Assembly: GCA_030141605.1 (NCBI GenBank)
Contig: JAQGDQ010000872.1
Location: 22,253-86,252, forward strand
Length of the DNA: 64,000 bases
Direction of reading: 5' to 3'
Source of the DNA: Tubiluchus corallicola
Taxonomy: Eukaryota; Animalia; Priapulida
Both the position numbers and the translations under genes were made by a program. How positions within the stretch are numbered: position 1 is the first letter of the stretch; each line of letters starts with the position of its first letter. Shown here one piece after another: positions 39,101-50,200 of this stretch. Under the pieces are notes generated by a model that saw nothing but the letters and a program-made list of their open reading frames with translations, did no database searches and was not told the origin of the DNA.

Positions 39101-42100
39101 TCCATGAATGTGTAGTACATGCACACACAAACGTTTTGTGTAGAAATCTACACACTTGTGCTTTCTTCTTCTTCTCCTTCTAACTCTCATTCCATCTATT
39201 GTAGGCATTGAGGTATCAAAATTTATCAGAGTATTCCAACCACTTCTATCTGCAGCTAACAGTGTAAGTTCTTCTGCTCCTAAAGATAGATTTGGTTGAA
39301 GTTGTTGAACATCTTTATTTATCTTAGCTATACACGGTGTTTTAGGTTTACCAGATGGTTTTTTGCAAGGTTTTAAGGCTTCCTTTAAGGCGATTCTTAC
39401 TGGTTCGTCATTTGGTAATCTTAGAAGACGCCCTAGCCATCTTAATCTTTGGATCTTGACTTTTGAACTCCAATAAATTTCTTTCATTCTAATGTATAAA
39501 TCTTCATTTTTGATTATGTATGGCCATCTTATCTTTAAAACTTCCCCTAGAAGACTTCTTATGAAATGTGTCAATCTGGTTTTTGCATAATCGTTAAACC
39601 CGAAGTTTATTGTACATAAATATGCTGGTAACGTAAGCATTAAATAATCCAAGTCTAATGTTAAGACTTAATTTCTTGCTAGTTAATACATTCTTGTGCT
39701 TTGAGTGATTTATATTTTCGAAAAATTCCCAATTCTTCCCAAGTGTATCGCCGGGTTTTTTCCAGGTTTGCGGGTAATAATTCCGGATGTGGATAAATCC
39801 GTAGTACTGGGTTCTGCAATGCTGGGTGCTACAGCTTCTGGCGACTTTTCCTCGATCACCGATGCAATGAGATCGATGTCTGGTTGCGGACGACTACTTC
39901 ATCCTCGACACAAAGACGTGGAGTAAGTCTTCTAGCTACAATTTTCAATACAGTTTTTACCATTACCGTCAGTCTTTTTACTAAATTCATAATAAATTTT
40001 TTCCACAAGTTTGTTGCAGTTTTCGGGTCTTTGTGTAACAAGTACCTGACTTCCTTTCAATTGTGTGTTTGCAAACCAAAACCATCCATAAGTCGGCGGA
40101 GTTAAAACTAAAATCAATTTTTCGTTTTTTGTGAAAACAAACACTAAATATATTGGTGTTTTATATTCTTGCAACGTGGATGCAGTTCATTTTGCTTCGG
40201 GTTTTTTTCTTGCCAAGCCCAGATATTCGCCAGGAAGAGTCATCTACTGGATTTAAACATAACTTCAACGTGCTCTTGCAAAGTCCATAGCAACCAACAT
40301 TTGTGCGGTTGCTAAGTGTTTTGTAGAGATGCGACAAAAATAATGGTTGACTTTGAAGCACTTCATAGGTGTAGTATGCACCTCAACTTCAACATGGATT
40401 ATTTCATTTTAGCAATAACACAGAGCGATAAGCTTGGTATCAAAATGATCTTGATGAAATCAAGAGTCAGGATATGTGAATAACTGGGAAAGCTTAATTG
40501 CCGACTTATGGACGTTTTTGCTATGCAAGTTTTAAATACACGAAGAAGCCATGCTCTAAAGAGTCAACATGAAGTTTATTAAGTGCAGGTGATCATTTCT
40601 ACAGCAACGTCATTATTCATGCTAGAAGTCAAACAAATAATTAGAGCCCAGAGCCGCACCGTTTCAACTGAGCTCCAGCCGGTTTATTTCTACAGTTGAC
40701 CTATGTTTGGGCTTTCAAAACCAAATTTGAAGCTAGATTACATTTTGCTCTTTCTTCCTTCTTTATTTACCAAAACATATCATTCCATCTAAACAAAACC
40801 ATAAACAAATGACAAAAAATAAATAACATAATTCAGAGTTTCATACTGCACCGTCGCATTAATCAATAAATAGCTTTTATCTAATAGTAAATTTAAATTT
40901 TATAAAGTAATTTGAGTATATACGTACGTTTTTAGCCCCAAATCATGAGCAATTGCAACAGATAACGACAACATTTAATCAACCCACAATGACACGTCCT
41001 CACTTCACACGCCTCTGACACCGATCAAACTGATCACGTGTCCGGGCCAAAAAATCACCACAAGGTGGCCAAAGCCAACAACAAGTGAAGGCCGCAAAGC
41101 ACGCCAATGCCAGATTTCCAGTACAAAGTAGCTGATAAGAAACCAGCTTTATTCGACAGGTCAGCTGGTCAGTGATGGGAGTCGAGCTAGCCGACAATTT
41201 TGCCGGCTGCGAATAATCACGTGACACTGCAAATCACTGGTTCAAATATGGCAAACGCTTTGCGGATTCGCGGCCAGATTGTGCGTGTGCTGTCAGAGAC
41301 ACTAAACTTTAGAAATTTTTGAACGAGAAAGCTGGTCAATTCTAAATTAAATATACAAATGGCAACATAAGTCACATGCACGGGATCATTTAGGTGTTTT
41401 GGTATTGATTCGTTGGTAATCAAGATAAGCCTCGCCAAGAGTTGTATTTAAATTACATTTGCACTAAATCCATTGCTTTTTTAAAATAATAAAAAATGAT
41501 CTCTAATGCATTATTTGAATTTGTACATCAGCTTTTTTCTGTGTTTAAGCAACAAGAATTATTTTAAAAAATCTGTCTTCATAATTTAACAGTTAACTAA
41601 CAATTTATCATTTATTTAGTTAACAAAAATTCACGTTTTAGCTGACTAAGCTGATTTATTCTTTAAGTCAACTCAGCTGAAAAGTCAGTCAACTTCAACC
41701 GAGCTAGCTGATTTACTGTGTGAGTCAGCTGATGTAGTAGCAACTGTCTCAGCTTCAGCCGAGCTAGCTGATTTACTGTGTGAGTCAGCTGATGTAGTAG
41801 CAACTGACTCAGCTTCAGTCGAGCTAGCTGATTTACTGTGTGAGTCAGCTGATGTAGTAGCAACTGTCTCAGCTTCAGCCGAGCTAGCTGATTTACCGTG
41901 TGAGTAGTCAGCTGATGTAGTAGCAACTGACTCAGCTTCAGTCGAGCTAGCTGATTTACTGTGTGAGTCAGCTGATGTAGTAGCAACTGTCTCAGCTTCA
42001 GCCAAGCTAGTTGATTTACTGTGTGAGTCAGCTGATGTAGTAGCAACTGACTCAGCTTCAGTCGAGCTAGCTGATTTACTGTGTGAGTCAGCTGATGTAG

Positions 42101-43408
42101 TAGCAACTGTCTCAGCTTCAGCCGAGCTAGCTGATTTACCGTGTGAGTAGTCAGCTGATGTAGTAGCAACTGACTCAGCTTCAGCCAAGCTAGTTGATTT
42201 ACTGTGTGAGTCAGCTGATGTAGTAGCAACTGACTCAGCTTCAGTCGAGCTAGCTGATTTACTGTGTGAGTCAGCTGATGTAGTAGCAACTGTCTCAGCT
42301 TCAGCCGAGCTAGCTGATTTACCGTGTGAGTAGTCAGCTGATGTAGTAGCAACTGACTCAGCTTCAGTCGAGCTAGGTGATTTACTGTGTGAGTCAGCTG
42401 ATGTAGTAGCAACTGACTCAGCTTCAGCTGAGCTAGCTGATTTACTGTGTGAGTCAGCTGATGTAGTAGCAACTGACTCAGCTTCAGCCGAGCTAGCTGA
42501 TTTACCGTGTGAGTCAGCTGATGTAGTAGCAACTGACTCAGCTTCAGCCGAGCTAGCTGATTTACCGTGTGAGTAGTCAGCTGATGTAGTAGCAACTGAC
42601 TCAGCTTCAGCTGAGCTAGCTGATTTACTGTGCGAGTCAGCTGATGAAGTAGCAACTCATTCAGCTTCAGCCGAGCTAGCTGATTTACTGTGCGAGTCAG
42701 CTGATGAAGTAGCAACTCACTCAGCTTCAGCCGAGCTAACTGATTTGCTGTGTGAGTCAGCTGATGTAGTAGCAACTGACTCAGCTTCAGTCGAGCTAGC
42801 TGATTTACTGTGTGAGTCAGCTGATGTAGTAGCAACTGACTCAGCTTCAGTCGAGCTAGCTGATTTACTGTGTGAGTCAGCTGATGTGGTAGCAACTGAC
42901 TCAGTTTCAGCTGAGCTAGCTGATTTACTGCGTGAGTCAGCTGATGTAGTAGCAACTGACCCACATTTCAGCCGAGCTAGCTGATTTACTGCGTGAGTTA
43001 ACTGATGTAGTTGCAACTGACTCCGCTTCCGCCGAGCTAACTGATTTGCTGTGTGAGTCAGCTGATGTAGTAGCAACTGACTCAGCTTCAGCCGAGCTAG
43101 CTGATTTACTGTGTGAGTCAGCTGATGTAGTAGCAACTGACTCAGCTTCCACCGAGCTAGCTGATTTACTGTGTGAGTCAGCTGATGTAGTTTGTAGTAT
43201 CATAAATGTACTGATTATTTGTTCTGGCTTCATTTCTAGCATTGATAATGACAATTGCTGTCGAAACGATCATCTGTGCTTAAGAAATATCATGTTGTTT
43301 ACTATTTTTGTTTTTTTTTCTGTTGACAGGTATCATAATAGAAAGTACAAAGTGTTTCTACAAATGGTAGAAGATCAGAAGAAATATCAGGAAATTATGA
43401 CATCCTAA
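18621..43408 (+). CDS. FGGY: FGGY carbohydrate kinase domain-containing protein (D-ribulokinase-like), ~556 aa
   Basis: Exons: tentative 18621-18638 (MVVTTS), 19706-19891, 20723-20837, 22618-22858, 24242-24369, 28957-29085, 31635-31735, 31893-32000, 34503-34564, 35746-35896, 36929-37003, 37893-38013, 39766-39922, 43330-43408; phases consistent. Motifs: [91 protein letters not shown]. Confidence 0.95.
19087..19638 (+). mobile_element. Kolobok-like non-autonomous DNA transposon
   Basis: Ends TAAAGGAAAGGTCAAG ... CTTGGCCTTTCCTTTAA; reverse-complement copy at 44713-45267; partial copy at ~12900-13060. Confidence 0.7.
19976..22260. mobile_element. Cluster of Kolobok-like MITE copies around FGGY exon 20723-20837
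   Basis: Related copies at ~19976-20460, 20923-21230 and inverted 21689-22260, with TTAAAGGAA / TTCCCTTAA ends and a shared GAACTGAGAGGTACAGCACCTG core. Confidence 0.6.
23030..23879. repeat. ~175-185-bp direct duplication
   Basis: GCTGACCGCTAG...CAATTAG at 23030-23201 and 23697-23879. Confidence 0.8.
24667..25087. mobile_element. TIR MITE with TCAAATGT subterminal repeats
   Basis: TAGGTTTGACATGTCAAATGTAGAC / GTCTACAATTGACATGTAAAACCTA inverted ends in a TA context. Confidence 0.75.
26128..28944. repeat. 75-bp minisatellite, ~38 units, in an FGGY intron
   Basis: Unit GAGGAACAGCATCATCACTTCTCATTTATCATGTTGACAGTTTAGATACAATCAATTACAATGTATCAACTGGTA; a few 68-bp variants. Confidence 0.97.
29380..31148. 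repeat. 78-bp minisatellite, ~23 units, in an FGGY intron
   Basis: Unit GCAGGGGCACACTGTTTGAATATTGGTTGAATATACCGGTCCAACTTGCATTCAATTCGTCTTACGATCAATCCACCT. Confidence 0.97.
31150..31622 (-). mobile_element. piggyBac-like MITE, partial copy
   Basis: Similar to 2513-3228; ends GGTTCTGAAGGAGTTA just before the FGGY acceptor at 31634. Confidence 0.65.
33877..34470 (-). mobile_element. piggyBac-like MITE, partial copy
   Basis: Starts TTAACTCCTTCAGGACCGTAAG; body is reverse-complementary to 2600-3228. Confidence 0.7.
36039..36702 (+). mobile_element. MITE family A, full copy
   Basis: TIR GTGTGCCTGCAAACC..CCATAAGTCGGCA / TGCCGACTTATGG..TGCAAGCACAC. Confidence 0.85.
37098..37755. repeat. Degenerate telomere-like hexamer array (TTAGGA/TTAGGG/TTAGTG/TTTGCA)
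   Basis: Hexamer-phased repeat inside an FGGY intron. Confidence 0.9.
38211..38967. mobile_element. hAT-type MITE
   Basis: TIR TAGGGATG.TAC / GTACCATCCCTG; partial 8-bp TSD TCAGTG(TG/CC); TTCGGTTT subterminal repeats. Confidence 0.7.
39160..39600 (-). mobile_element. 3' end of an RTE/RTEX LINE
   Basis: ORF 39080-39652 [33 protein letters not shown]; (AGA)n tail. Confidence 0.8.
40063..40530 (+). mobile_element. MITE family A copy with internal deletions
   Basis: Same TIRs and core as 36039-36702. Confidence 0.8.
41688..43192. repeat. 60-bp minisatellite, ~25 units, in the last FGGY intron
   Basis: Unit GAGCTAGCTGATTTACTGTGTGAGTCAGCTGATGTAGTAGCAACTGACTCAGCTTCAGCC; recurring 63-bp variant. 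Confidence 0.97.
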
Positions 43409-43550
43409 TATCTGCATTCTAAGATTTGAAAGAATTTTCATAGTTTTTTGAAATCCAAATTAATTTGCTACAACCCAAATAATTTTGTTGATCTGGTTGG
43501 ATATATACATAGCTGTATCATTTGATGTGTATTCAGGTTTGTGAAGTGTT

Positions 43551-43935
43551 CTTGCAGTCTAGCTACTTCCTTGCTTGCAGTCTAGCTACGTCCGTCCTTG
43601 CAGTCTAGCTACGTCCGTGCTTGCAGTCTAGCTACGTCCGTGCTTGCAGTCTAGCTACGTCCGTGCTTGCAGTCTAGCTACGTCCGTGCTTGCAGTCTAG
43701 CTACGTCCGTGCTTGCAGTCTAGCTACGTCCGTGCTTGCAGTCTAGCTACGTCCGTGCTTGCAGTCTAGCTACGTCCGTGCTTGCAGTCTAGCTACGTCC
43801 GTGCTTGCAGTCTAGCTACGTCCGTGCTTGCAGTCTAGCTACGTCCGTGCTTGCAGTCTAGCTACGTCCGTGCTTGCAGTGTAGCTACGTCCTTGCTTGC
43901 AGTCTAGCTACCTCCTTGGTTGCAGTCTAGCTACG
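43551..43935. repeat. 23-bp minisatellite, ~16-17 units, in the putative FGGY 3' UTR
   Basis: Unit GTCTAGCTACGTCCGTGCTTGCA beginning ~140 bp after the stop codon. Confidence 0.95.
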
Positions 43936-44712
43936 AAATGCACAGTTCCATACAAGGATTTTTGTAATTTTTTCAAGAACTAGGGAATGGCTAGTAACAC
44001 TAAGCTTAAGGATTATATGATGTACAAGTATAAAAAAGAATTATAGAAAGACTCATTATATTGATATTGAACGTTATCGATAATACGGAGTGAAAATGGG
44101 TTGATGTAGTTCCGCAGTGTCTGTACATGAGCCGCCATTACACAACACATTAGAATCAATTTTTCATCGGGATAATGGAAGATGTTTATAACTGTGATTT
44201 AATTTTTTGCAGTGAAAATGAACTTAGAGGCTAAGATTTATTCTTATAGGATGTATATATAGATATATGTGTGTGATGTAAAGCAAAATCATGGTAGATA
44301 GCACAAAATTCTGTTTCTGTTTTTTTCTCATGTCAGCTTGTTGATAGTCTATTGTTTTAGAAAATTTGAGCCAGTCTACAATGAAAAGTAAGACATTGTG
44401 TGAAAGTGTATAGAAAAAAATTTGTCTTATAGTTTTTTAAATCTTAAGTAGTAATAAAATGAATAACATTGTTGAAATAGCAATTTCGTAACTCTAGTTA
44501 ATTTCACCTTGATCATTTGTACATTTGCAGTCTCTATGTCTTATGCTTAATTTTTTATGTATTATACTAAATTCTGGACTTTCTAATGTCATGAGTTTTG
44601 TGTAACACATAAAAACATAAGCCAGAGAATGTCTACAATGATTTATTAATGCAACTTCTGTCTGCAATGCAGTCCTATCTGTCTGTGTCTATTACAACGT
44701 CTTCACATCAGC

Positions 44713-45267
44713 TTAAAGGAAACGTCAAGTCTTCTAGGAAGTCAAGTTTATTTCAGTGTTTGCAAAAAGTGTTAGAAGGATTTAGTAATAAAACTATAAT
44801 AAGTACCTCGGCTAATTAGTAAAATCACTTTAAAGTCGCAATTAATTCATGTTTAGGCGCTCCCGTTTTGAATGCCCATTCCATTGACGTCATTCGTCTT
44901 GAAGAAAAGTAGCGCACTGTCTATTTCCTTCAAAATGATAATAAATTGTTACAAAAAAGCTAGATAGCTAATTTTGTAATATTCTTGTGTGAACCTTAGG
45001 TAAGCTGCAGAAGTTTGAATTAGTTAAATCAGCGCGCTTACGGAGAGTGACGCGCTTACGAAAACTCACGAAGTCTCCCAGTTACGTCATGATTTTCAAG
45101 TGAATGGCGGCAACCATCAAGCACGAAAATTTCTATTCAGAGGCAGTTTATTTCAGATCTATGCTTTATGGTCAGTTCTTTGCAAATTTCTTTGTTACAT
45201 TTTTCCACATTTAGGTGATAACAGTAAAATAAACCCAACATACTGAGTGACTTGTTCTTTCCTTTAA
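44713..45267 (-). mobile_element. Kolobok-like non-autonomous DNA transposon
   Basis: TTAAAGGAAAC...TTTCCTTTAA ends; reverse complement of 19087-19638. Confidence 0.7.
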
Positions 45268-47257
45268 GGCAACAACAGTACAGAAAGAAAACATTGTTCC
45301 TTTAAGGTAACGATGGTGCGGAAAGAAAACAAAGAAAAAATAACAATAAAACATAACAGCAGGTGTTGTCACACTTATTATTATCAATTATTAGAATAAA
45401 TACTATCGTGGTATTTACATAACTGTACTCTATACCTTTACTTTACTTTACTAATCTCAGTTATTCGCACACGGTCACTTGCACACAGTCACACCCCCCA
45501 TGCTCTCTATTCACATACGGTCACTCGCACACAGTCACACCCCCATGCTCTCATGTTAGTATTATATTAGCATTATATGCAAAAATTTACATAAATACAA
45601 GGTTCTACATTATATACACCTATGCATTAAGTTACAACTATGAGTTACACTATACGTGTTACAGTAATCATAATTATTCTCTGTATTCACAGTTTTTCTA
45701 TCATAGCAACAAATTCACCGACAATGCTTTACTATCTGCTATCAGTGACGAACATTGTAAAGGTACATTCATACTTTTCTGCTTCTACCCGCTTTGGTTA
45801 ATTCTCAAGACGGCAAAAAATGCCCGCTAATACTACAACTATCGTGTTCAAGTGCGACAAAAATAACGTTTCCCTCACAGTTTATGAACAATCTACGTTA
45901 AATTTAAAACTCGCAAAATTATTTTCTAATAAATACTGATACTGCTAACGCTAAGCCTACTAAACACGCAATTCCACAACATAATTATTTGTACAGTTAA
46001 TAGTAAGACTAGATCTAAATAAGAACTAACATTTTAAACAGGGTATAAACAAATCAGAAGATTACTTTCCAAACAAGAGTTTTGCAGTAAACAATAAGAT
46101 TCAAACAATTATCAACAAGTGCAGCCGGCACATGACCAACTTTTGTAACACGACTAAATGCTTAATGTTACTGCACAATTTATTGTATTAATTTGATGCA
46201 TATTTTTCAAACTGAGTCATGACGTACAGACTAGTGTAGCTCCCAAACACACAGCACCTGGTTATAATGTTCTGTTCCAGACAGACACCTAAATCCACAT
46301 CGTAGCTTCTCGTTTACACATTTGATGATGTTTCTCAAAAACAAATTAGATCAACAAGCGCACTACCAGTGTAAAAGTGATTGTTTGTATTGATAATTCA
46401 TACAAGTACTATGAGTCCACTAAACTACAATGTACAACAGACTAGATGGCATTTAATTTACAACAGTCTATGGTTACGCTTAGTGTACAATGTAAGCAGT
46501 AAAATCATTAAGTAGCGCACTACACTGTGTGTCTCAGTCACCTGGCTAGGCTTACAATGCAACAGACTAGATTATGTACATATACAGTCAAATTATATAT
46601 ACATACATACAATATACAGGCCCTTATTTACACTAAGAAAGCTTCTTTGATGCCTGCAGAATTGCTGGAAATTTGACAAGCTCGAACAACTATAGCAACT
46701 TTTAACCTGTCAACCATGCCAGATTAAAATGAATTAATTCTCAAGTTCCATACAGAACGCAAGAGACTATAGTTTTATATATATATGCTTACATAAACAA
46801 GTAATTTATCTATCAAAATGACAAATACAATTCCTTGTACTGCATTCATCAAATTAAGTTACTGATGCGCATGTTTTTTCACTTTATCGTAATATTTGAA
46901 CATCTTCATTTGTTTACTCCGCTCTTACATAATAAATTTCGATACAAAGCAATCAAGAAGACTCGGTTAGGAAGAAAATAATGGTCACTTTTGTCAATTG
47001 TCCTTGAATCGTTGATGTAAAAATTGAATTTTTCTACATAAAATGCCTATAAACACTGTCGCAACTATACCGAAGAATGCATTCCAAAGTTCTGAATGTA
47101 CGACAGTCATTGGCTGTGTCAAATAACAATAGACAGGCGTAATGAACAATGTTCTCTCGTTATGTCTTTGTACGTTCCCTACCCTTCCACATAGTCTACA
47201 GCTTATACAGTACAAATCCTAGTCTACTGTACAACAATTACAATAACTGAATCGACA

Positions 47258-50200
47258 TCAATTGTCGTATGCCGTCACTAGACCGTGACTCTCCAACACA
47301 AACAATCTCTTCTCTACGTTCTGCTTATATCGGCAGAGAAGATCTCTGTCGTGGTCATCGCTGACCACTTGCGATAGACTGTGCAGCAGCACCTGCGCCA
47401 TCTGGTAGCGACGAAACGAATCGTGAACGTTGCCGAATAACTCGTCTAGGGCTGCCTCGTGACACTGAAAGTACAAAAATGGCGCCTTGAGTACAAAATT
47501 AATAATATTATCAACAACTGTCTTAAACCACAAGTTAAGGCACCTACCTTTTTTGCCAGTTCTCAACAATAATTCGAATACGAGTTATCATTGGAATCCT
47601 TTGATCAAGGTCACATTTCTCAAAGTAATCTGGTTTACACTAACAATAACATACAAAGTGTGAAAGTTGCTATTTATACATTGTAGTAAGGTGCTGCCAT
47701 CTAGGTGTTAATCTTGTAACATTCCTCTAACTGACTTACTTTCAGTATAATCGTATGTCCAGTGACTACATACATACTGGACCTCTATGGTTGTTGTGAA
47801 GCCTGTGCAAGTCTGTTTAGATCAAGTTCGATACCTGGATTCTGGTTGTGAAATAGGTTTTACTGTCTGTTTTTAGATTCTAGTTTTGCTAAATGTTAAA
47901 TGCAGCAGTTTTTCTACTCAAGTTTCTGTAGTTAAATAAACACTTTTCTGTTGTGTGAAATGCAAAGATTTATTGTAGCTGTTTAGTTCTTATGCAAATT
48001 TTTCTGTGTGTCTAAACTCAAGCATATCAAAGTGACTCAATAACAACTTCAAAAATGACTTTTACACAAGGTAACAAAACATTTAGTAGGGTTAATATGC
48101 TGATTTACCCCTGCAAGAAAACGAATTTTTGGTGTTTTCTTGTAGCATTTGGTCTAGAGGTCGAAATTTGACCACTGCAAAGGTCCTAATTATGACGTCA
48201 AAAAAGATGGTCGCCATTTGACCAAAATAAATGGATATTTAGTCTACCAGAATGGTGAAAAAATACTAATTTTAATTCAAAGGTATGAAACTTTACACAG
48301 TGCTAGAGCTCATTAAAGTGATCAATTTTGATTCCGGAGTTCCAATATGGCTGCAGTTTTCGAAATAGCTGACAACTTGGCTGTTATTTGCTTACAGTGG
48401 CTATATCTTAGCTGTCAGGATAATGATTTTGGTGTCTAAATATATGTTTAATCCATATCTGATGTCTAAGCGCCCCCTATAGTATTACCGTATTTTAAAA
48501 TGGCGGCTAAGATGGCTGCAAGTGTTGCACAAAAAGCGTTACCCAATAGACAGTAGTCTCAGCACTTACCATTTCTATTGCATAATTATAAATGATCTTG
48601 TTAGCTGTGACCGCACGCGTCTTCTGATCAGCCTGGAAGACTCCCTTGTTTTTCAGAGTTTTGCACACGGCCAGCGTCTTGTGATGATATTCATTCAATT
48701 CCTTGACGGCTACAATTAAACACAACGCAGTGTTTTGAAATTTCGCTAACGTGTTCAGTCACGTTTTCTACCATCTGAAGCTTGTTCATGTAGCCAGCGT
48801 AAGTTTTGTTTTGTTTGATAACGTATTCAGAAAAGGCAAGAAAAAGATGCGTAGCTTAATTTGGTTTACAACCTAGAGACAAATCTACAAGCAAAGTTGA
48901 ATCCCGACAACACGATTAGCTTATAACGAAACTCTCAATAGAACCATGATTTTATTACATCCCAAAACCTGTGTAACGACGTATGGATAATATGAAACTC
49001 GTTACTACGAAATCCCATTTTATGATTTTTCAAAAGTCCCGTCAATACGAGTTCTATATAAATAAACACTTGTAATATGATTTCTGCTATGACCCGCCCC
49101 GTCTAGACACTCTTCATCTGTTGCTAACTGTGACTATAGCTTATAGCTAATTGTTTTTTCAACTCACTACGTGTCATAACACAATGCATGCAAATGCCAA
49201 CTGTTGATTTAATCAGTCAGGTGCACAGAATTAAATGCCACCAGTGAAATTATTGATTTCTGAAAAGACTTCCTCTTCCCATGTCTGATAGAAATTTGCC
49301 ATTATAGTTCAAATCACCAATATTTGTTACTGCTGGTTGCTTACAGGTATCCAGTTATAATACCAGAGCAACAAAAATTCACACTGATGACTCTCTAGCA
49401 CCACTTGCTTACAGGTTTGATTCTATTAGACTGACTGGCAGCGTGTTGTTTGTAATTTGTACTTGTGGGATGCGAGGGTTAAACGAACTTAAATTAGTCT
49501 ACTGATTAAAAGATAACCAATGTAGAGGCTCTGCAGGTGTCAGTTAATTGATAACTGGAACTACAATATTAGGAAATGGGAATACAGTGTTCCCTCGCTA
49601 CTTTGTGGTTCGTTTATCGCGGACTCGCTGTTTCGTGGGTTTTCAAAAATATTAATGTAAAATATTTATCGCGGTATTTTCACTGTTTCGCAGGTTTTTG
49701 CCGTAGTCCGCGTAAAGTATTTTTACACATGCGAAGTACGTAATGTGTAGATTTGATGAATTTTGCATAAAAAATCGCAAAATGTATAAAAATATATTAA
49801 AAATAGTAATTGTAACATTAAAAGAATATTATAAATCTTGAAAAATTACCATTTACAGCAAATAGTGTATTTATTCGTCGGATGAATACACACCAAAAAC
49901 GAAATAGAGTACTTGCACCCGCAAATAAGTATAGCATCCCTACTTCGCAGAAATTCACTTATCGTGGGTGGACCTGGAACGGAACACCCACGATAAGTGA
50001 GGGAACGCTGTAATGTGCGTAAAGGAAACACTGTTAAATCAAAATAATACCTGGTTCTTGTGAAATTCGTATTACCGAAATTTGACTGCATGTTTTTTAC
50101 TCTAACATGTGGGCATAAAACACGTAAGTAACAGACATAACAGACTGCGGACGAGTAGAAAATAAACCAAGTTCGTTGAACAGAACAACGCCAGCATACC

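Noticed and set aside
41663-43254. 433-aa and mucin-like repetitive ORFs
   Set aside because: Products of the 60-bp minisatellite; frames are broken by variants
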